This document shows, in pieces, positions 8,889-17,148 of a stretch of 20,000 nt of DNA (the stretch's first letter is position 1; every line of letters begins with the position of its first letter). Origin of the DNA: an uncultured virus (IMG/VR IMGVR_UViG_3300013232_000195) (lineage: Duplodnaviria; Heunggongvirae; Uroviricota; Caudoviricetes); the IMG/VR virus record IMGVR_UViG_3300013232_000195, one strand, 5' to 3'. The notes under the pieces are model-generated. The model searched no databases and was not told where the DNA came from. It saw only the letters and a list, made by a program, of their open reading frames with translations. Both the position numbers and the translations under genes were made by a program.

Positions 8889-9104
8889 TCACTCCATCGC
8901 ATTCATGGCTTCGGTAAGCTCGGTCAACGGAACAACACGACAAAAATCATCGCCTTTGTTATGCTCAATGACGTGTTTTGACCCGATTGGATGACGGGCG
9001 ACTTCCTTCAGGTTAGACACTAGGGGCTTGTCCCCAGTGGCGTCAATGACCATGATTACTCGACAACGCAGCCCTTGTAGCTCAAGTCTTCCAATCGCAT
9101 ACAT
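8889..9104 (-). CDS. Hypothetical protein, 71 aa
   Basis: Repeat at 9128, SD, ATG 9104. Confidence 0.8.
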   Translation of the reverse strand: MYAIGRLELQGLRCRVIMVIDATGDKPLVSNLKEVARHPIGSKHVIEHNKGDDFCRVVPLTELTEAMNAME

Positions 9105-9153
9105 TCGTTATTTCCTCCCCTTAAAGTCTAGGACCCGATCGTTCTGGCACGAA

Positions 9154-9198
9154 GGGAGGCCCTGGCGCGGAGGGAGAGCCGCGCCAGGGCAGGGAGAA
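9154..9198. repeat. 45-bp GC-rich hairpin element, copy 2
   Basis: Near-identical to 5703-5747; also lies just upstream (gene sense) of a GGGTCC repeat. Confidence 0.9.
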
Positions 9199-9283
9199 AC
9201 TTAGTCGGGGAATCCGCCAGCTTGGGCTTCGTCGCAATTGCCTTCGCAATTCTGGCCGCAGTACTCGCATTCAAAGCCGTTTG

Positions 9284-9571
9284 CTAGCCATTCTTCTCTT
9301 TCTCCTTGCGCTGTGCAAGCCGCTCCTCCATGGCCTTCTTGGCGGCGTCCCGTTCGACCTTGCGCATCGCGCAAGTCTTCATCAGAATCAACTCGGAGAT
9401 GGAGATGGAGATGCCGCATTCAACCTCTTGGGCGAGAAGCCGAAGCTCGACTTGGGTCGCGTTGTCGGTGATGACCTTGAGCCGAGCCATGAATTCCTGT
9501 TCGGCGGCGTGGATGTACTCCTGCGCCTCTAGGTTCAGGACACCGTATTCGTTGTAGGTCATCTTCAGCAT
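9284..9571 (-). CDS. Hypothetical helical protein, 95 aa
   Basis: Repeat at 9595, SD, ATG 9571. Confidence 0.8.
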   Translation of the reverse strand: MLKMTYNEYGVLNLEAQEYIHAAEQEFMARLKVITDNATQVELRLLAQEVECGISISISELILMKTCAMRKVERDAAKKAMEERLAQRKEKEKNG

Positions 9572-9605
9572 CGGCGCTTTCCTCCCCTCACCGTCTGGGA
9601 CCCAA

Positions 9606-9740
9606 CTAGCCCTTGCGCTTCGGCGGCGGCAACTTGCCGTCTTCAATCAGTTTGTTCCAGGCAACCCGTTCCAGCATTTTGCCAATGTAGAAGCCAACGA
9701 AGAAATGCAGCGGACACGCGAGGATAAGTATTGTGAACAT
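9606..9740 (-). CDS. 44-aa peptide with hydrophobic N-terminus
   Basis: MFTILILACPLHFFVGFYIGKMLERVAWNKLIEDGKLPPPKRKG*; GGAGG SD; stop 2 nt from repeat 9595. Confidence 0.65.
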   Translation of the reverse strand: MFTILILACPLHFFVGFYIGKMLERVAWNKLIEDGKLPPPKRKG

Positions 9741-9745
9741 CGGCG

Positions 9746-9949
9746 TTAGTATCCTCCCGTTAACTCGACCATGTAGACCGAGTCATTGTTGTCGCGTTGC
9801 GTCTTGAACGTCACGCCTTCCCGAACGAGCTGCGAGATGAACACAGCCATCAGCTTCACGCCTTCTTCTGTCATGCTGAACAACACTTCCTTTTCCTTCA
9901 CGGGGCACCGCGCCGGATAACTCAGGTTCTCTCCAAGCTTCGTATTCAT
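9746..9949 (-). CDS. Hypothetical protein, 67 aa
   Basis: Repeat at 9975, SD, ATG 9949. Confidence 0.8.
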   Translation of the reverse strand: MNTKLGENLSYPARCPVKEKEVLFSMTEEGVKLMAVFISQLVREGVTFKTQRDNNDSVYMVELTGGY

Positions 9950-9985
9950 TCTCTTGTCCTCCCTTTCCAACAGTCTGGGACCCAA

Positions 9986-10249
9986 TCAGCCTTCCTCGCG
10001 GCATTCCTCGGACGCCCGCGCAAGGTCCAGCCGCTTCCCGTTCTCGGTCGCGATGTCGTCGAAAACCGTGAGGATCGGCGTTCCGTACTCGACCTCTAGC
10101 ACGATCGGCGTCCCGAAACCGTTCACCGAGTTGGCGTCCCCGAACCCCTTCGGGCGAATCAAGAGGGCGCCAGTCGATGCCATCTCGACCGTCACTTCCA
10201 GGTCGGGGCCACCCTTGTTGTCCTTCACCTTGAATGTCGCTGATTCCAT
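9986..10249 (-). CDS. Hypothetical protein, 87 aa
   Basis: Repeat at 10276, SD, ATG 10249. Confidence 0.8.
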   Translation of the reverse strand: MESATFKVKDNKGGPDLEVTVEMASTGALLIRPKGFGDANSVNGFGTPIVLEVEYGTPILTVFDDIATENGKRLDLARASEECREEG

Positions 10250-10296
10250 TGGCGTTTTCCTCCCTTTCCCATTGACTAGGACCCGATCGGTCGGCG

Positions 10297-10641
10297 TTAG
10301 GCCTTGCGCTCGCAAAAGAAGTCCAGCTTCTTCATGATCAAGGAAGCGACTTCGGGATAGAAGTCGGGATGAGCGGCGTTTGTGGACAAGAAGTCCAAGA
10401 CCGTCCCCGCGCTCATATACTCCGAACCATGCGCCCCGAAACGGACGCAAACATGCGCCTGGTTGACGCCGATGTCCCCCTCGTGGATATACACGTCCAC
10501 GGGATCAAACTCCAGCTTGTTCCGAACGAGGACCGATCCGATGTACTCGCTTTCCTTATGCCCACAACCGTCAGGCCAAGCCCGCTTGGGCAACTCCTCG
10601 ATATACGCATCGAACCTGGCATGGGTCATTCGCATTCGCAT
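10297..10641 (-). CDS. Hypothetical protein, 114 aa
   Basis: Repeat at 10664, SD, ATG 10641. Confidence 0.8.
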   Translation of the reverse strand: MRMRMTHARFDAYIEELPKRAWPDGCGHKESEYIGSVLVRNKLEFDPVDVYIHEGDIGVNQAHVCVRFGAHGSEYMSAGTVLDFLSTNAAHPDFYPEVASLIMKKLDFFCERKA

Positions 10642-10670
10642 CGTCTGTCCTCCCCTTACCAGTCTGGGAC

Positions 10671-10703
10671 CCGAACGGGGCGGGAATGACCCGCCCCGTT
10701 CGG
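10671..10703. other. Perfect 14-bp hairpin overlapping a repeat core
   Basis: CCGAACGGGGCGGG-AATGA-CCCGCCCCGTTCGG. Confidence 0.75.
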
Positions 10704-10711
10704 AACTCCCC

Positions 10712-11248
10712 TTAGTCCATCCGAGAACCCATGTAGGCCTTGATGCCAGCCTCTGCACAAACCTTGGCGAAGGCGCTGGCATACGCCTCTTTCCTCTGCA
10801 TGCTCTGTCCGCCCTCGTGAACCCACAACTGCATTCCGCCGTAGTAGCCCCGCGATGCCTGCGTGTTCTTCCGAAGCCAGATCGCGAACGAGCAGTTCGC
10901 TGGCTGAATCGTGACCCACGCGAACCCGCAAACCCCGCCCTCGACAAACCATTCCTTCTTGACGGGCGATGCATCGTCCAGAGGGCTTTGCCGCTCTTGG
11001 ACAACCATGGGCATCGGGCGGGCCGCTTCCAGCGCGGCCATTCCCGCCGCGTGAGCCTTGTCGTACAGCGCCTTCCACGTCGCTTCCCGATTCTCGCGCT
11101 CTTCGGCGCTCTTGGCGAAAATGGCCTTCATCTTTTCACGCGCAACCTTGGCGCAAGACGGGCAATACTTGCCCTTTCCCGCCCCATTCTGACAGCCTTC
11201 CCATGCACACTTCTTGGTGATCGTAGAACTGTAGTATTCAAGGCTCAT
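10712..11248 (-). CDS. Phage-type hypothetical protein with N-terminal Cys motif, 178 aa
   Basis: CAWEGC...CPSC; GVCGFAWV...QSMQRKEAYASAFA...SRMD pattern I recall from phage proteins; repeat at 11298. Confidence 0.85.
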   Translation of the reverse strand: MSLEYYSSTITKKCAWEGCQNGAGKGKYCPSCAKVAREKMKAIFAKSAEERENREATWKALYDKAHAAGMAALEAARPMPMVVQERQSPLDDASPVKKEWFVEGGVCGFAWVTIQPANCSFAIWLRKNTQASRGYYGGMQLWVHEGGQSMQRKEAYASAFAKVCAEAGIKAYMGSRMD

Positions 11249-11340
11249 GGTCGTTTTCTCCCTTTGGGTTTCCCTTGCTCCCCTTCACACTCATAGACTG
11301 GGACCCGAATGCCCCCATCATCGCACGACCATTTGCCTGG

Positions 11341-11383
11341 AAAAGGCAAGGGGGAGGACCGTGGCCACGGCCTCCCCGCTTGC
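11341..11383 (-). terminator. Probable intrinsic terminator
   Basis: Long GC-rich stem GCAAG.GGGGAGG.CCGTG/CACGG.CCTCCCC.CTTGC followed by CTTTT on the - strand. Confidence 0.55.
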
Positions 11384-11467
11384 GAATCAAAGGTGTCTAC
11401 TCGGCTCAAAATTTATCTAAATGACTCGGCAGCTCTCCGAGTCGCGGGCGCAACCCGCCCGCGTCCC

Positions 11468-11614
11468 TCAACCCCATTCGTGGGTTTGCGCCCTCTTCGG
11501 GCAGGCGAAGGACTTGGCCGCTTCGGGCCGTTCATTCAGTGGGGTAGCTGTCCCCACCGTTTCACTCTTTTCCATAAGGAAGAGCAAAGATCGTATGACA
11601 CTGGCGAAGATCAT
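11468..11614 (-). CDS. Possible 48-aa peptide (or leader of a structured RNA)
   Basis: Repeat at 11650, AAAGGAGG SD, ATG 11614; the region is hairpin-rich, so coding is uncertain. Confidence 0.4.
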   Translation of the reverse strand: MIFASVIRSLLFLMEKSETVGTATPLNERPEAAKSFACPKRAQTHEWG

Positions 11615-11665
11615 CCACTCCTCCTTTCTTCGTATCCTCTTCCTTCTGGCTAGGACCCGAACGCC

Positions 11666-11938
11666 CTAGCCGATCTGAGTCACCTTACCACACTTCTGGC
11701 ACGTCCAGTGATGCTTGCTGCCAGGTTCGTCTGGGTGGTAGTTGCTTCCAGGCGATTCCTTGCAACGACACCACATGTTCTGGAAGGCGTGGTATTCCTT
11801 GAACTTCTGGATTGTAACGAGCTTCTCGCCGTTACACGTCACGCAAGTCAACTCGCCTTGCATGACCTTTCCGAACTCGTGTGAGGTGTAAGCAATCTTT
11901 CCCGTTCCCTTGCAATGAGGACAAGCGCGAGCTAGCAT
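11666..11938 (-). CDS. Cys-rich zinc-finger protein (CxxCxGxG-type repeats), 90 aa
   Basis: CPHCKGTG, CVTCNG, CRC, CQKCG; repeat at 11965 and SD. Confidence 0.85.
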   Translation of the reverse strand: MLARACPHCKGTGKIAYTSHEFGKVMQGELTCVTCNGEKLVTIQKFKEYHAFQNMWCRCKESPGSNYHPDEPGSKHHWTCQKCGKVTQIG

Positions 11939-11981
11939 TGTTTCGTTCCTCCCTTTACCTTGGACTGGGACCCGATCGCGC

Positions 11982-12227
11982 TTACCAATACTTGTGGCGT
12001 ATGCTCCAACCTTTCGCGTCAAGCCACGCCTTGAGGTTCTCCCACGTCCCCGCCTTGTCGGCGTTGTGGGTGTCGGCCCAAAACAACTTGTGGTAAAGAT
12101 CGTCAAACGTCAAGCCTTGAATCGTCCAGGTCGGCGGTTGTTCGCCCTTAAGATCAAGCGTCCCGTCTGGAAACCGACGCTCGATGACCAGCTTTTGGTT
12201 CGAAGTGTATGGCTGTCCCATGCCCAT
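11982..12227 (-). CDS. Hypothetical protein, 81 aa
   Basis: Repeat at 12254 and SD. Confidence 0.8.
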   Translation of the reverse strand: MGMGQPYTSNQKLVIERRFPDGTLDLKGEQPPTWTIQGLTFDDLYHKLFWADTHNADKAGTWENLKAWLDAKGWSIRHKYW

Positions 12228-12268
12228 TGAAATGTCCTCCCTTTTCCCATAGACTGGGACCCAATCGG

Positions 12269-12400
12269 TCAGCGGTTATCGCACTCCTTCTCCTGCTTCC
12301 TGCGTCGGCGGGCCTTGCGGTTCATGAAGGTCCGTTCATACTTTTTCAATCCAGTATGCGCGGGAGAAGGATTTTTTCGGTAAGGCTTTGTCTTAGCCAT
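12269..12400 (-). CDS. 43-aa basic peptide
   Basis: MAKTKPYRKNPSPAHTGLKKYERTFMNRKARRRRKQEKECDNR*; GAGG SD; overlaps the upstream stop. Confidence 0.6.
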   Translation of the reverse strand: MAKTKPYRKNPSPAHTGLKKYERTFMNRKARRRRKQEKECDNR

Positions 12401-12566
12401 TGCGTACCTCTGTCACGTGTTCAAGGTGAACCAATTCCTGAGGGACTATCGGCCACTCCCACTCAACGGGAGAAACAAAACCACGATCCTCGTTCCACTC
12501 GACAACGACGTACAACTCATCGCTTCCAACCAACTTAACTTTGTCACCTGCCACTATGGGTTTCAT
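12393..12566 (-). CDS. Small beta-rich (SH3/KOW-like) protein, 57 aa
   Basis: MKPIVAGDKVKLVGSDELYVVVEW; repeat at 12589 and SD. Confidence 0.75.
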   Translation of the reverse strand: MKPIVAGDKVKLVGSDELYVVVEWNEDRGFVSPVEWEWPIVPQELVHLEHVTEVRNG

Positions 12567-12605
12567 CGCTATTTCCTCCCACAATGGTCTGGGACCCGAA
12601 CGGGC

Positions 12606-12752
12606 CTACCGTTCGGGTCGTTGTTTCTTCTTTGCTCCCCGCGAGAACTGCCCGCCACACTGGCGGCATGTGTAATGTTTCAGGTTCCCCAACTGCCCGA
12701 GCGGGTGAAGGTCGCCGCCACACATCGGACACGCGCCGAACCTAATCCTCAT
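12606..12752 (-). CDS. 48-aa zinc-ribbon peptide
   Basis: MRIRFGACPMCGGDLHPLGQLGNLKHYTCRQCGGQFSRGAKKKQRPER*; absent from the ORF track because it is under 60 aa. Confidence 0.7.
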   Translation of the reverse strand: MRIRFGACPMCGGDLHPLGQLGNLKHYTCRQCGGQFSRGAKKKQRPER

Positions 12753-12951
12753 CGCTCACCCCTCGCATGATGCATTCCACCACCACACCCGCCCGCTGAA
12801 TCGTTCGCGGTGTCCGAGTGACGCCCAACTCCCGCGCAATCCCGTCCGCCTGCTTCTTGGCGTGGTAGTCACTCACCGCGTCAAAGCTAACGTTGGCGGT
12901 TGACGGATGCCCCACTTGCGCCCACTTGGCCACGTAATGGTTCTTTTTCAT
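12742..12951 (-). CDS. Hypothetical protein, 69 aa
   Basis: Repeat at 12978, SD, ATG 12951. Confidence 0.8.
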   Translation of the reverse strand: MKKNHYVAKWAQVGHPSTANVSFDAVSDYHAKKQADGIARELGVTRTPRTIQRAGVVVECIMRGVSDED

Positions 12952-13000
12952 TCGTTGGTTCCTCCCTTTCCTATAGTCTGGGACCCAATCGGTCAGGCCA

Positions 13001-13270
13001 CTACGGGCGCACAATCTGCCTTGCCGCTTCTTTGGCCAGACATACCGACGCGCAAAGAGAATTGTCTGGCGCGAACCGTACCAAGTCCGAATGCATTCTG
13101 TCCCACAAAATCAGCGGTATGTCATTGAAATTCTCATCGGTGGAACTGCGCAACGTCTTTTCCCCTATCGTATTGAGTACAAAACCGCGAACAGCAGTAT
13201 TCACGTATTGCCCGTAGTACTCGGAGTGAGTACATTTTCCGTTCAGGTAGTCGTCCCTTGTGTATCTCAT
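13001..13270 (-). CDS. Hypothetical phage-type protein, 89 aa
   Basis: MRYTRDDYLNGKCTHSEYYGQYV; repeat at 13297 and SD. Confidence 0.85.
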   Translation of the reverse strand: MRYTRDDYLNGKCTHSEYYGQYVNTAVRGFVLNTIGEKTLRSSTDENFNDIPLILWDRMHSDLVRFAPDNSLCASVCLAKEAARQIVRP

Positions 13271-13314
13271 TGTCGTGTTCCTCCCTTTCACATGGACAGG
13301 GACCCAATCGGCCC

Positions 13315-13605
13315 TTAACTGGCACCTATTTTACGAATTCGCCAGCCCCAAGTAGGTACAACAACAATCTCGTACCCTTCGGCAAGAATGGGTAATGGCC
13401 TGATTTCTCCATCGTACCACTTCCCATCATGTACGCATCCGCCGTTATATCGAATTTTGCCAAACGCGGGCGGGACACTGGCAGAACTTCCAAGGTAGCC
13501 CTTGAAGTGGAGCTTGCTCCCGAACGCATCCTTATGGACATGCTTCGCTTTTTTCTCGCAAGTTGCGACACCCCAGGTTTCTTGCGGAAACGTAAAAAAT
13601 GGCAT
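13315..13605 (-). CDS. Hypothetical protein, 96 aa
   Basis: Repeat at 13628, SD, ATG 13605. Confidence 0.8.
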   Translation of the reverse strand: MPFFTFPQETWGVATCEKKAKHVHKDAFGSKLHFKGYLGSSASVPPAFGKIRYNGGCVHDGKWYDGEIRPLPILAEGYEIVVVPTWGWRIRKIGAS

Positions 13606-13657
13606 CTCTGGTTCCTCCCTCAATAGACAAGGACCCAATCGGCCAGGTTCAATGGCA

Positions 13658-13897
13658 CTAAACTGGCGCGTTAGGATTGTCGGCGTATCGCTTGGCCAGC
13701 TTCTCCGCCTCAGACACGCAACGGCAATGCGGGTTGCCATAGCCATACTTGGCCATGAAGTCAGCGCCGCGCCGCGTCCTGAATGGCCCAATGACAGCCC
13801 CGTACAAATGACCATGACTGTCAAAGGTCGGCGTATCCGCGTTCCTGAACACTTCTCGCGTAAGCCCCGTCTTGAGCCCAACCCAAAGCTTAGTCAT
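13658..13897 (-). CDS. Hypothetical protein, 79 aa
   Basis: Repeat at 13923, SD, ATG 13897. Confidence 0.8.
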   Translation of the reverse strand: MTKLWVGLKTGLTREVFRNADTPTFDSHGHLYGAVIGPFRTRRGADFMAKYGYGNPHCRCVSEAEKLAKRYADNPNAPV

Positions 13898-13939
13898 CGG
13901 CGTATTTCCTCCCACCTCTGGACTGGGACCCGCTTGGCC

Positions 13940-14158
13940 CTACAACTCCTCACAGTATAGCACATCGCGAGCGGCGTTTGCAATCCGCTCGCAATCCTCC
14001 ATCGGAAGGCCAGTACGGTAACGAATCGTTTCGGCGTCGTTGCCGTCGTTCCCGTCCCTGAACGCCCGCAAAACGTCCCGCAACGTCGGCTTGTCCTGGC
14101 CCTCGAACATATGCTGATCGAGGACGGCCTGGATACGCGGCTGAATCTTGTTAGGCAT
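13940..14158 (-). CDS. Hypothetical protein, 72 aa
   Basis: Repeat at 14180, SD, ATG 14158. Confidence 0.8.
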   Translation of the reverse strand: MPNKIQPRIQAVLDQHMFEGQDKPTLRDVLRAFRDGNDGNDAETIRYRTGLPMEDCERIANAARDVLYCEEL

Positions 14159-14179
14159 CGCTGTTCCTCCCTCAATGGT

Positions 14180-14827
14180 CTAGGACCCAACTAGCTCCGC
14201 CTTTTCCATTTCCTCCCAGCATTCCCCGTTGTAGTCGCTGGGAATCTCTGGCTTGTCCACCGTCCCAAACTGCTTTGTCTTGCAACCGCAAGCCCATATC
14301 CGCCCTTCGGGGTCAACCACCATATCGGGACAAACGCAGCCCTTGTCCTCCGTCGCGCAATCCACGCCCCGCCCCACGGGATAAACCACCCGATCCGCCC
14401 CGTCCCGTATCCCTCGCATGTCGTTATTGTCCCGATCATAGCTGGGCTTGCGCTTGAACGCTTCCACGACCTTGCTATCAATCGGCTCATGGTATGAATC
14501 GGTGGACAAGTCCACCGACAACACGCCCCGCCGCGCCAATTCAGCCAGCGCTAGCGCGTCTTTCGTCCGCTTGCCGTTCGTGATGATTCCAGGCTGTCCC
14601 TCGCCGATGCTGGCAGAGGCGGACAAGGCCAGCCCCAGGAACTCCCAGAACTTGGGATGGACCGTCGGTTCGCCACCACCAAGGAAGGGCGCGGAGCCGT
14701 AGTTCTCACACAACGCCAGCGCCTTCTTGTAGGTTGACATGCCCATGTGATTCCCAGTCGTGGGGCCACACGAGTAACAGCAATGAGCGCATTCCATGTT
14801 ACAGCGTTCGGTGATCTGGATGTACAT
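14180..14827 (-). CDS. Radical SAM protein, 215 aa
   Basis: ITERCNMECAHCCYSC (CxxxCxxC), GGGEPTVHP, ITNG, and a C-terminal C..VDPEGRIWAC resembling a SPASM/Twitch remnant; stop supplied by the repeat (VGS*). Confidence 0.92.
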   Translation of the reverse strand: MYIQITERCNMECAHCCYSCGPTTGNHMGMSTYKKALALCENYGSAPFLGGGEPTVHPKFWEFLGLALSASASIGEGQPGIITNGKRTKDALALAELARRGVLSVDLSTDSYHEPIDSKVVEAFKRKPSYDRDNNDMRGIRDGADRVVYPVGRGVDCATEDKGCVCPDMVVDPEGRIWACGCKTKQFGTVDKPEIPSDYNGECWEEMEKAELVGS

Positions 14828-14891
14828 TGGCCGTCCTCCCTTTGTTCTCCCAAGGATAGCCTAGGACCCAATCGTCGTCAATACATCGCAC

Positions 14892-15374
14892 CTATAGAAT
14901 CGGTTCCTTGAGGGTGAACGCATACGGTCCCCTCGCAATGTCCATGCTGTCAAGCGCGGCAATCGCCTTGCGCAAGGCTGCCAATTCAACCTCAAGCGCC
15001 TCCGCTGCCTTGCGGGCTTCAAGCTGCTTCTCGGCAACACGGTGGCAATCGTCCTCAAGCCGAACCCGTTGGGCTTGCCGTAACACGTCGGGATTCTTCT
15101 TCGCGGCTTCCTTCCATGCCGCCATGAAGGCTTCCACAACCTTATCCTTGGCCGAACGGCTAACATCGTGTCCGCCAGAACGGCTGATATACGCCCCCGC
15201 GCCGTTGGCATTCTCCAAGCCCCATCCACCATGAGGTTGCTTGTAGATGTGTACGTTCGCGTTGTACTGAATCCCCCGAACCGTAACCAAACCCTCAAGG
15301 TACGCGTGGTTGTCACCCGTGATCGTCGCCCGTACCTCACCAACCGCCGTGGGAATCTTCATCGTAGGCCACAT
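14892..15374 (-). CDS. Hypothetical protein with C-terminal coiled coil, 160 aa
   Basis: Repeat at 15399, SD, ATG 15374. Confidence 0.8.
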   Translation of the reverse strand: MWPTMKIPTAVGEVRATITGDNHAYLEGLVTVRGIQYNANVHIYKQPHGGWGLENANGAGAYISRSGGHDVSRSAKDKVVEAFMAAWKEAAKKNPDVLRQAQRVRLEDDCHRVAEKQLEARKAAEALEVELAALRKAIAALDSMDIARGPYAFTLKEPIL

Positions 15375-15389
15375 GGTATGTCCTCCCTT

Positions 15390-15644
15390 TCACATGGTCT
15401 GGGACCCGATCGGCTCATACGCCACCGCCACGATGTCCTCAGCCAGAAGCGCAGCGTCCTCATCCTCGCTGTCCGCTAACCGACGAATGAGAACTTGCAA
15501 CTCATCGGGGTGAACCTCGGATGTAAGCCGATGCCCATTGTCGGAGAACGTGGACCGCGTGAACCCCTCAAGACGGGAATCGATGCCTTGGTTAACGGCC
15601 TCGATGACATTCTTGCGATCTTTCCCGACAAAACTCATCTTCAT
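15390..15644 (-). CDS. Hypothetical protein, 84 aa
   Basis: Repeat at 15667 and SD; reads through the next repeat and ends IGSQTM*. Confidence 0.75.
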   Translation of the reverse strand: MKMSFVGKDRKNVIEAVNQGIDSRLEGFTRSTFSDNGHRLTSEVHPDELQVLIRRLADSEDEDAALLAEDIVAVAYEPIGSQTM

Positions 15645-15657
15645 GCTTATCTCCCTT

Positions 15658-15843
15658 TCACATAGTCTGGGACCCAATCTTCCGCATCAGCTCCAGGGTT
15701 TCTTTTTTGCTCTTGGCCAAGGCACACTCACTATGAGTTGTGAATAGCTTGGTGTAGTCGCTGGCCTTCCCGCCATACTTTTTTGCCCGTTCAGAGGCAG
15801 ACGGCACAAGCGTTATGGGCTTCCCACAAATGGTGCATTTCAT
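15658..15843 (-). CDS. Small Cys/His protein, 61 aa
   Basis: MKCTICGKP...HSEC; repeat at 15870 and SD; ends IGSQTM*. Confidence 0.75.
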   Translation of the reverse strand: MKCTICGKPITLVPSASERAKKYGGKASDYTKLFTTHSECALAKSKKETLELMRKIGSQTM

Positions 15844-16035
15844 CGGCGACATCCTCCCTTTCCCATAGACAGGGACCCAATCCCGCCAAACATTGCACCA
15901 GGCGGAGGTTTTACCCTCCGCCTGGGAGCGATTGGAAAGGAGCCAGACGGCGGTAGATACGGGGCTGAAACGAAAAACCAAGGGAAGCCCTCACGACGCC
16001 TCATCCGCTAGGCCGTTTCTTTTCCCTCGGACACT

Positions 16036-16079
16036 GGGAGAGCAAGGCGCGGGACACCTCACCGCGCCTTGCTAGGGAG
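16036..16079. repeat. GC-rich hairpin element, diverged copy 3
   Basis: GGGAG-AGCAAGGCGCGG-N9-CCGCGCCTTGCT-AGGGAG; same flanks as 5703/9154 with compensatory stem changes. Confidence 0.8.
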
Positions 16080-16082
16080 TTC

Positions 16083-16472
16083 TTACCGCTCGTTGGGGAG
16101 CATGGCGACATAGGCGGGATTGATCCCGTCAACGCTGCCCAACTCAACCCAAACCCTCACTTCATCCATCGGAAAGTCCGTGAACTCCACCTCTTGCTTG
16201 ATCTTGATGTTCCCGTTCCCGTCGTCACACGTCACGACAGCCCCGCCCTTCGCGTTCCGCTTCAACTTCCAGAACTGCATGTCCCGCAAGTCCTTGTCCT
16301 TCTTGCACTTGGGCTGGTAGCTGGCGATGATGTCCAGAAACCAGAAACACTCCGCATTCTCCGCAAGGAACCGAACCCCGTCCGTCAACAGTAGCCCCGC
16401 GAGATAGCGGGTGTAGCCTTCCGTCCCGCTGAACCCCTCAAGCGCGGCATTCAAGCAATTCGCTGGCATCAT
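16083..16472 (-). CDS. DUF6876-like protein, 129 aa
   Basis: FSGTE...LLTDGVRFLAENAECFWFLDIIAS...QFWKL...CDDGNGN...FTDFP...MLPNE pattern; repeat at 16499 and SD. Confidence 0.8.
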   Translation of the reverse strand: MMPANCLNAALEGFSGTEGYTRYLAGLLLTDGVRFLAENAECFWFLDIIASYQPKCKKDKDLRDMQFWKLKRNAKGGAVVTCDDGNGNIKIKQEVEFTDFPMDEVRVWVELGSVDGINPAYVAMLPNER

Positions 16473-16526
16473 GTTCGTCGTCCTCCCTTTCACCTAGTCT
16501 GGGACCCAATCGGCCAGGCGCTCGCA

Positions 16527-16778
16527 CTAGCTCAGTATCTTCTTGATCTCTTCGGCGTGTTCCGTGATGAAGTCCGCCACGTCGTCCTTAGACATGCCGT
16601 TATAGCCGTCGGCGTCAACCAGCGCCCGCATGGCAATCTGCCGCTGATGCGCTTCGGCGTCTTCCTTGGTGTAGAACCGCCTACCGTCCGTCGTCGTCCA
16701 ACACGGAGCGACGTCTTCCACGATCCCACTGGTATACAAATGACTCGGAATCTTCCTGGTCGTCGGTCGCTCCCTCAT
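16527..16778 (-). CDS. Hypothetical protein, 83 aa
   Basis: Repeat at 16804, SD, ATG 16778. Confidence 0.8.
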   Translation of the reverse strand: MRERPTTRKIPSHLYTSGIVEDVAPCWTTTDGRRFYTKEDAEAHQRQIAMRALVDADGYNGMSKDDVADFITEHAEEIKKILS

Positions 16779-16858
16779 CGGCGTTTCCTCCCTTTCCCTT
16801 GGGCTGGGACCCAAACGCTTCGGCGGGGGTTCAATCCTCCCGCCGTCGGCGTTTGTCT

Positions 16859-17059
16859 CTAGCTCAACGCGGCCTCCAACAGCCGCCCCAGCTTGATGCC
16901 CTTCGACGCGGCCAGCGCGTTCTTGCGAGCGGCGTTTGCTGCCGCCTTCGCTGCCGCCATTGCCTGCGCCTTGCGCTCCGCCCGACGCCTCGCGGCCAAG
17001 GCGGACGCCTTGGCCTTCTCGGTCGCGGACACGGGAACGACGACTCCGAATCTCGGCAT
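16859..17059 (-). CDS. Ala/Lys/Arg-rich basic helical protein, 66 aa
   Basis: Repeat variant at 17084, SD, ATG 17059. Confidence 0.75.
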   Translation of the reverse strand: MPRFGVVVPVSATEKAKASALAARRRAERKAQAMAAAKAAANAARKNALAASKGIKLGRLLEAALS

Positions 17060-17148
17060 GGTTGTTCCTCCCTTTCACATCGGCTCGGACCCGATCGAGG
17101 CCAGGTAGTCCGCCAGGCGACACGACGGTGCGATAATCCCATGAAGTG

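Noticed and set aside
10382..11296. 304-aa + strand ORF and other long + ORFs left of 18.1 kb (e.g. 5041..5751, 17207..17788)
   Set aside because: Antisense shadows of SD-led - strand genes in GC-rich DNA, with no SD or motif context.
11515..11565. Hammerhead-like CTGAATGA next to stems on the - strand
   Set aside because: It does not match CUGANGA, and no GAAA follows the putative stem II.
11666..11938. dnaJ
   Set aside because: Only CxxCxGxG-like repeats are present, with no J domain or HPD motif.
14861..15343. Alternative 160-aa frame ending IGS* in the motif
   Set aside because: It overlaps the SD-led 14892..15374 gene and has Arg-rich off-frame composition, so it is not counted among the motif-terminated genes.
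16813..16855. GGGGGTTCAATCCTCCC resembling a tRNA T-arm or attachment-site remnant
   Set aside because: No anticodon arm, D arm or acceptor stem nearby; treated as a simple intergenic hairpin.
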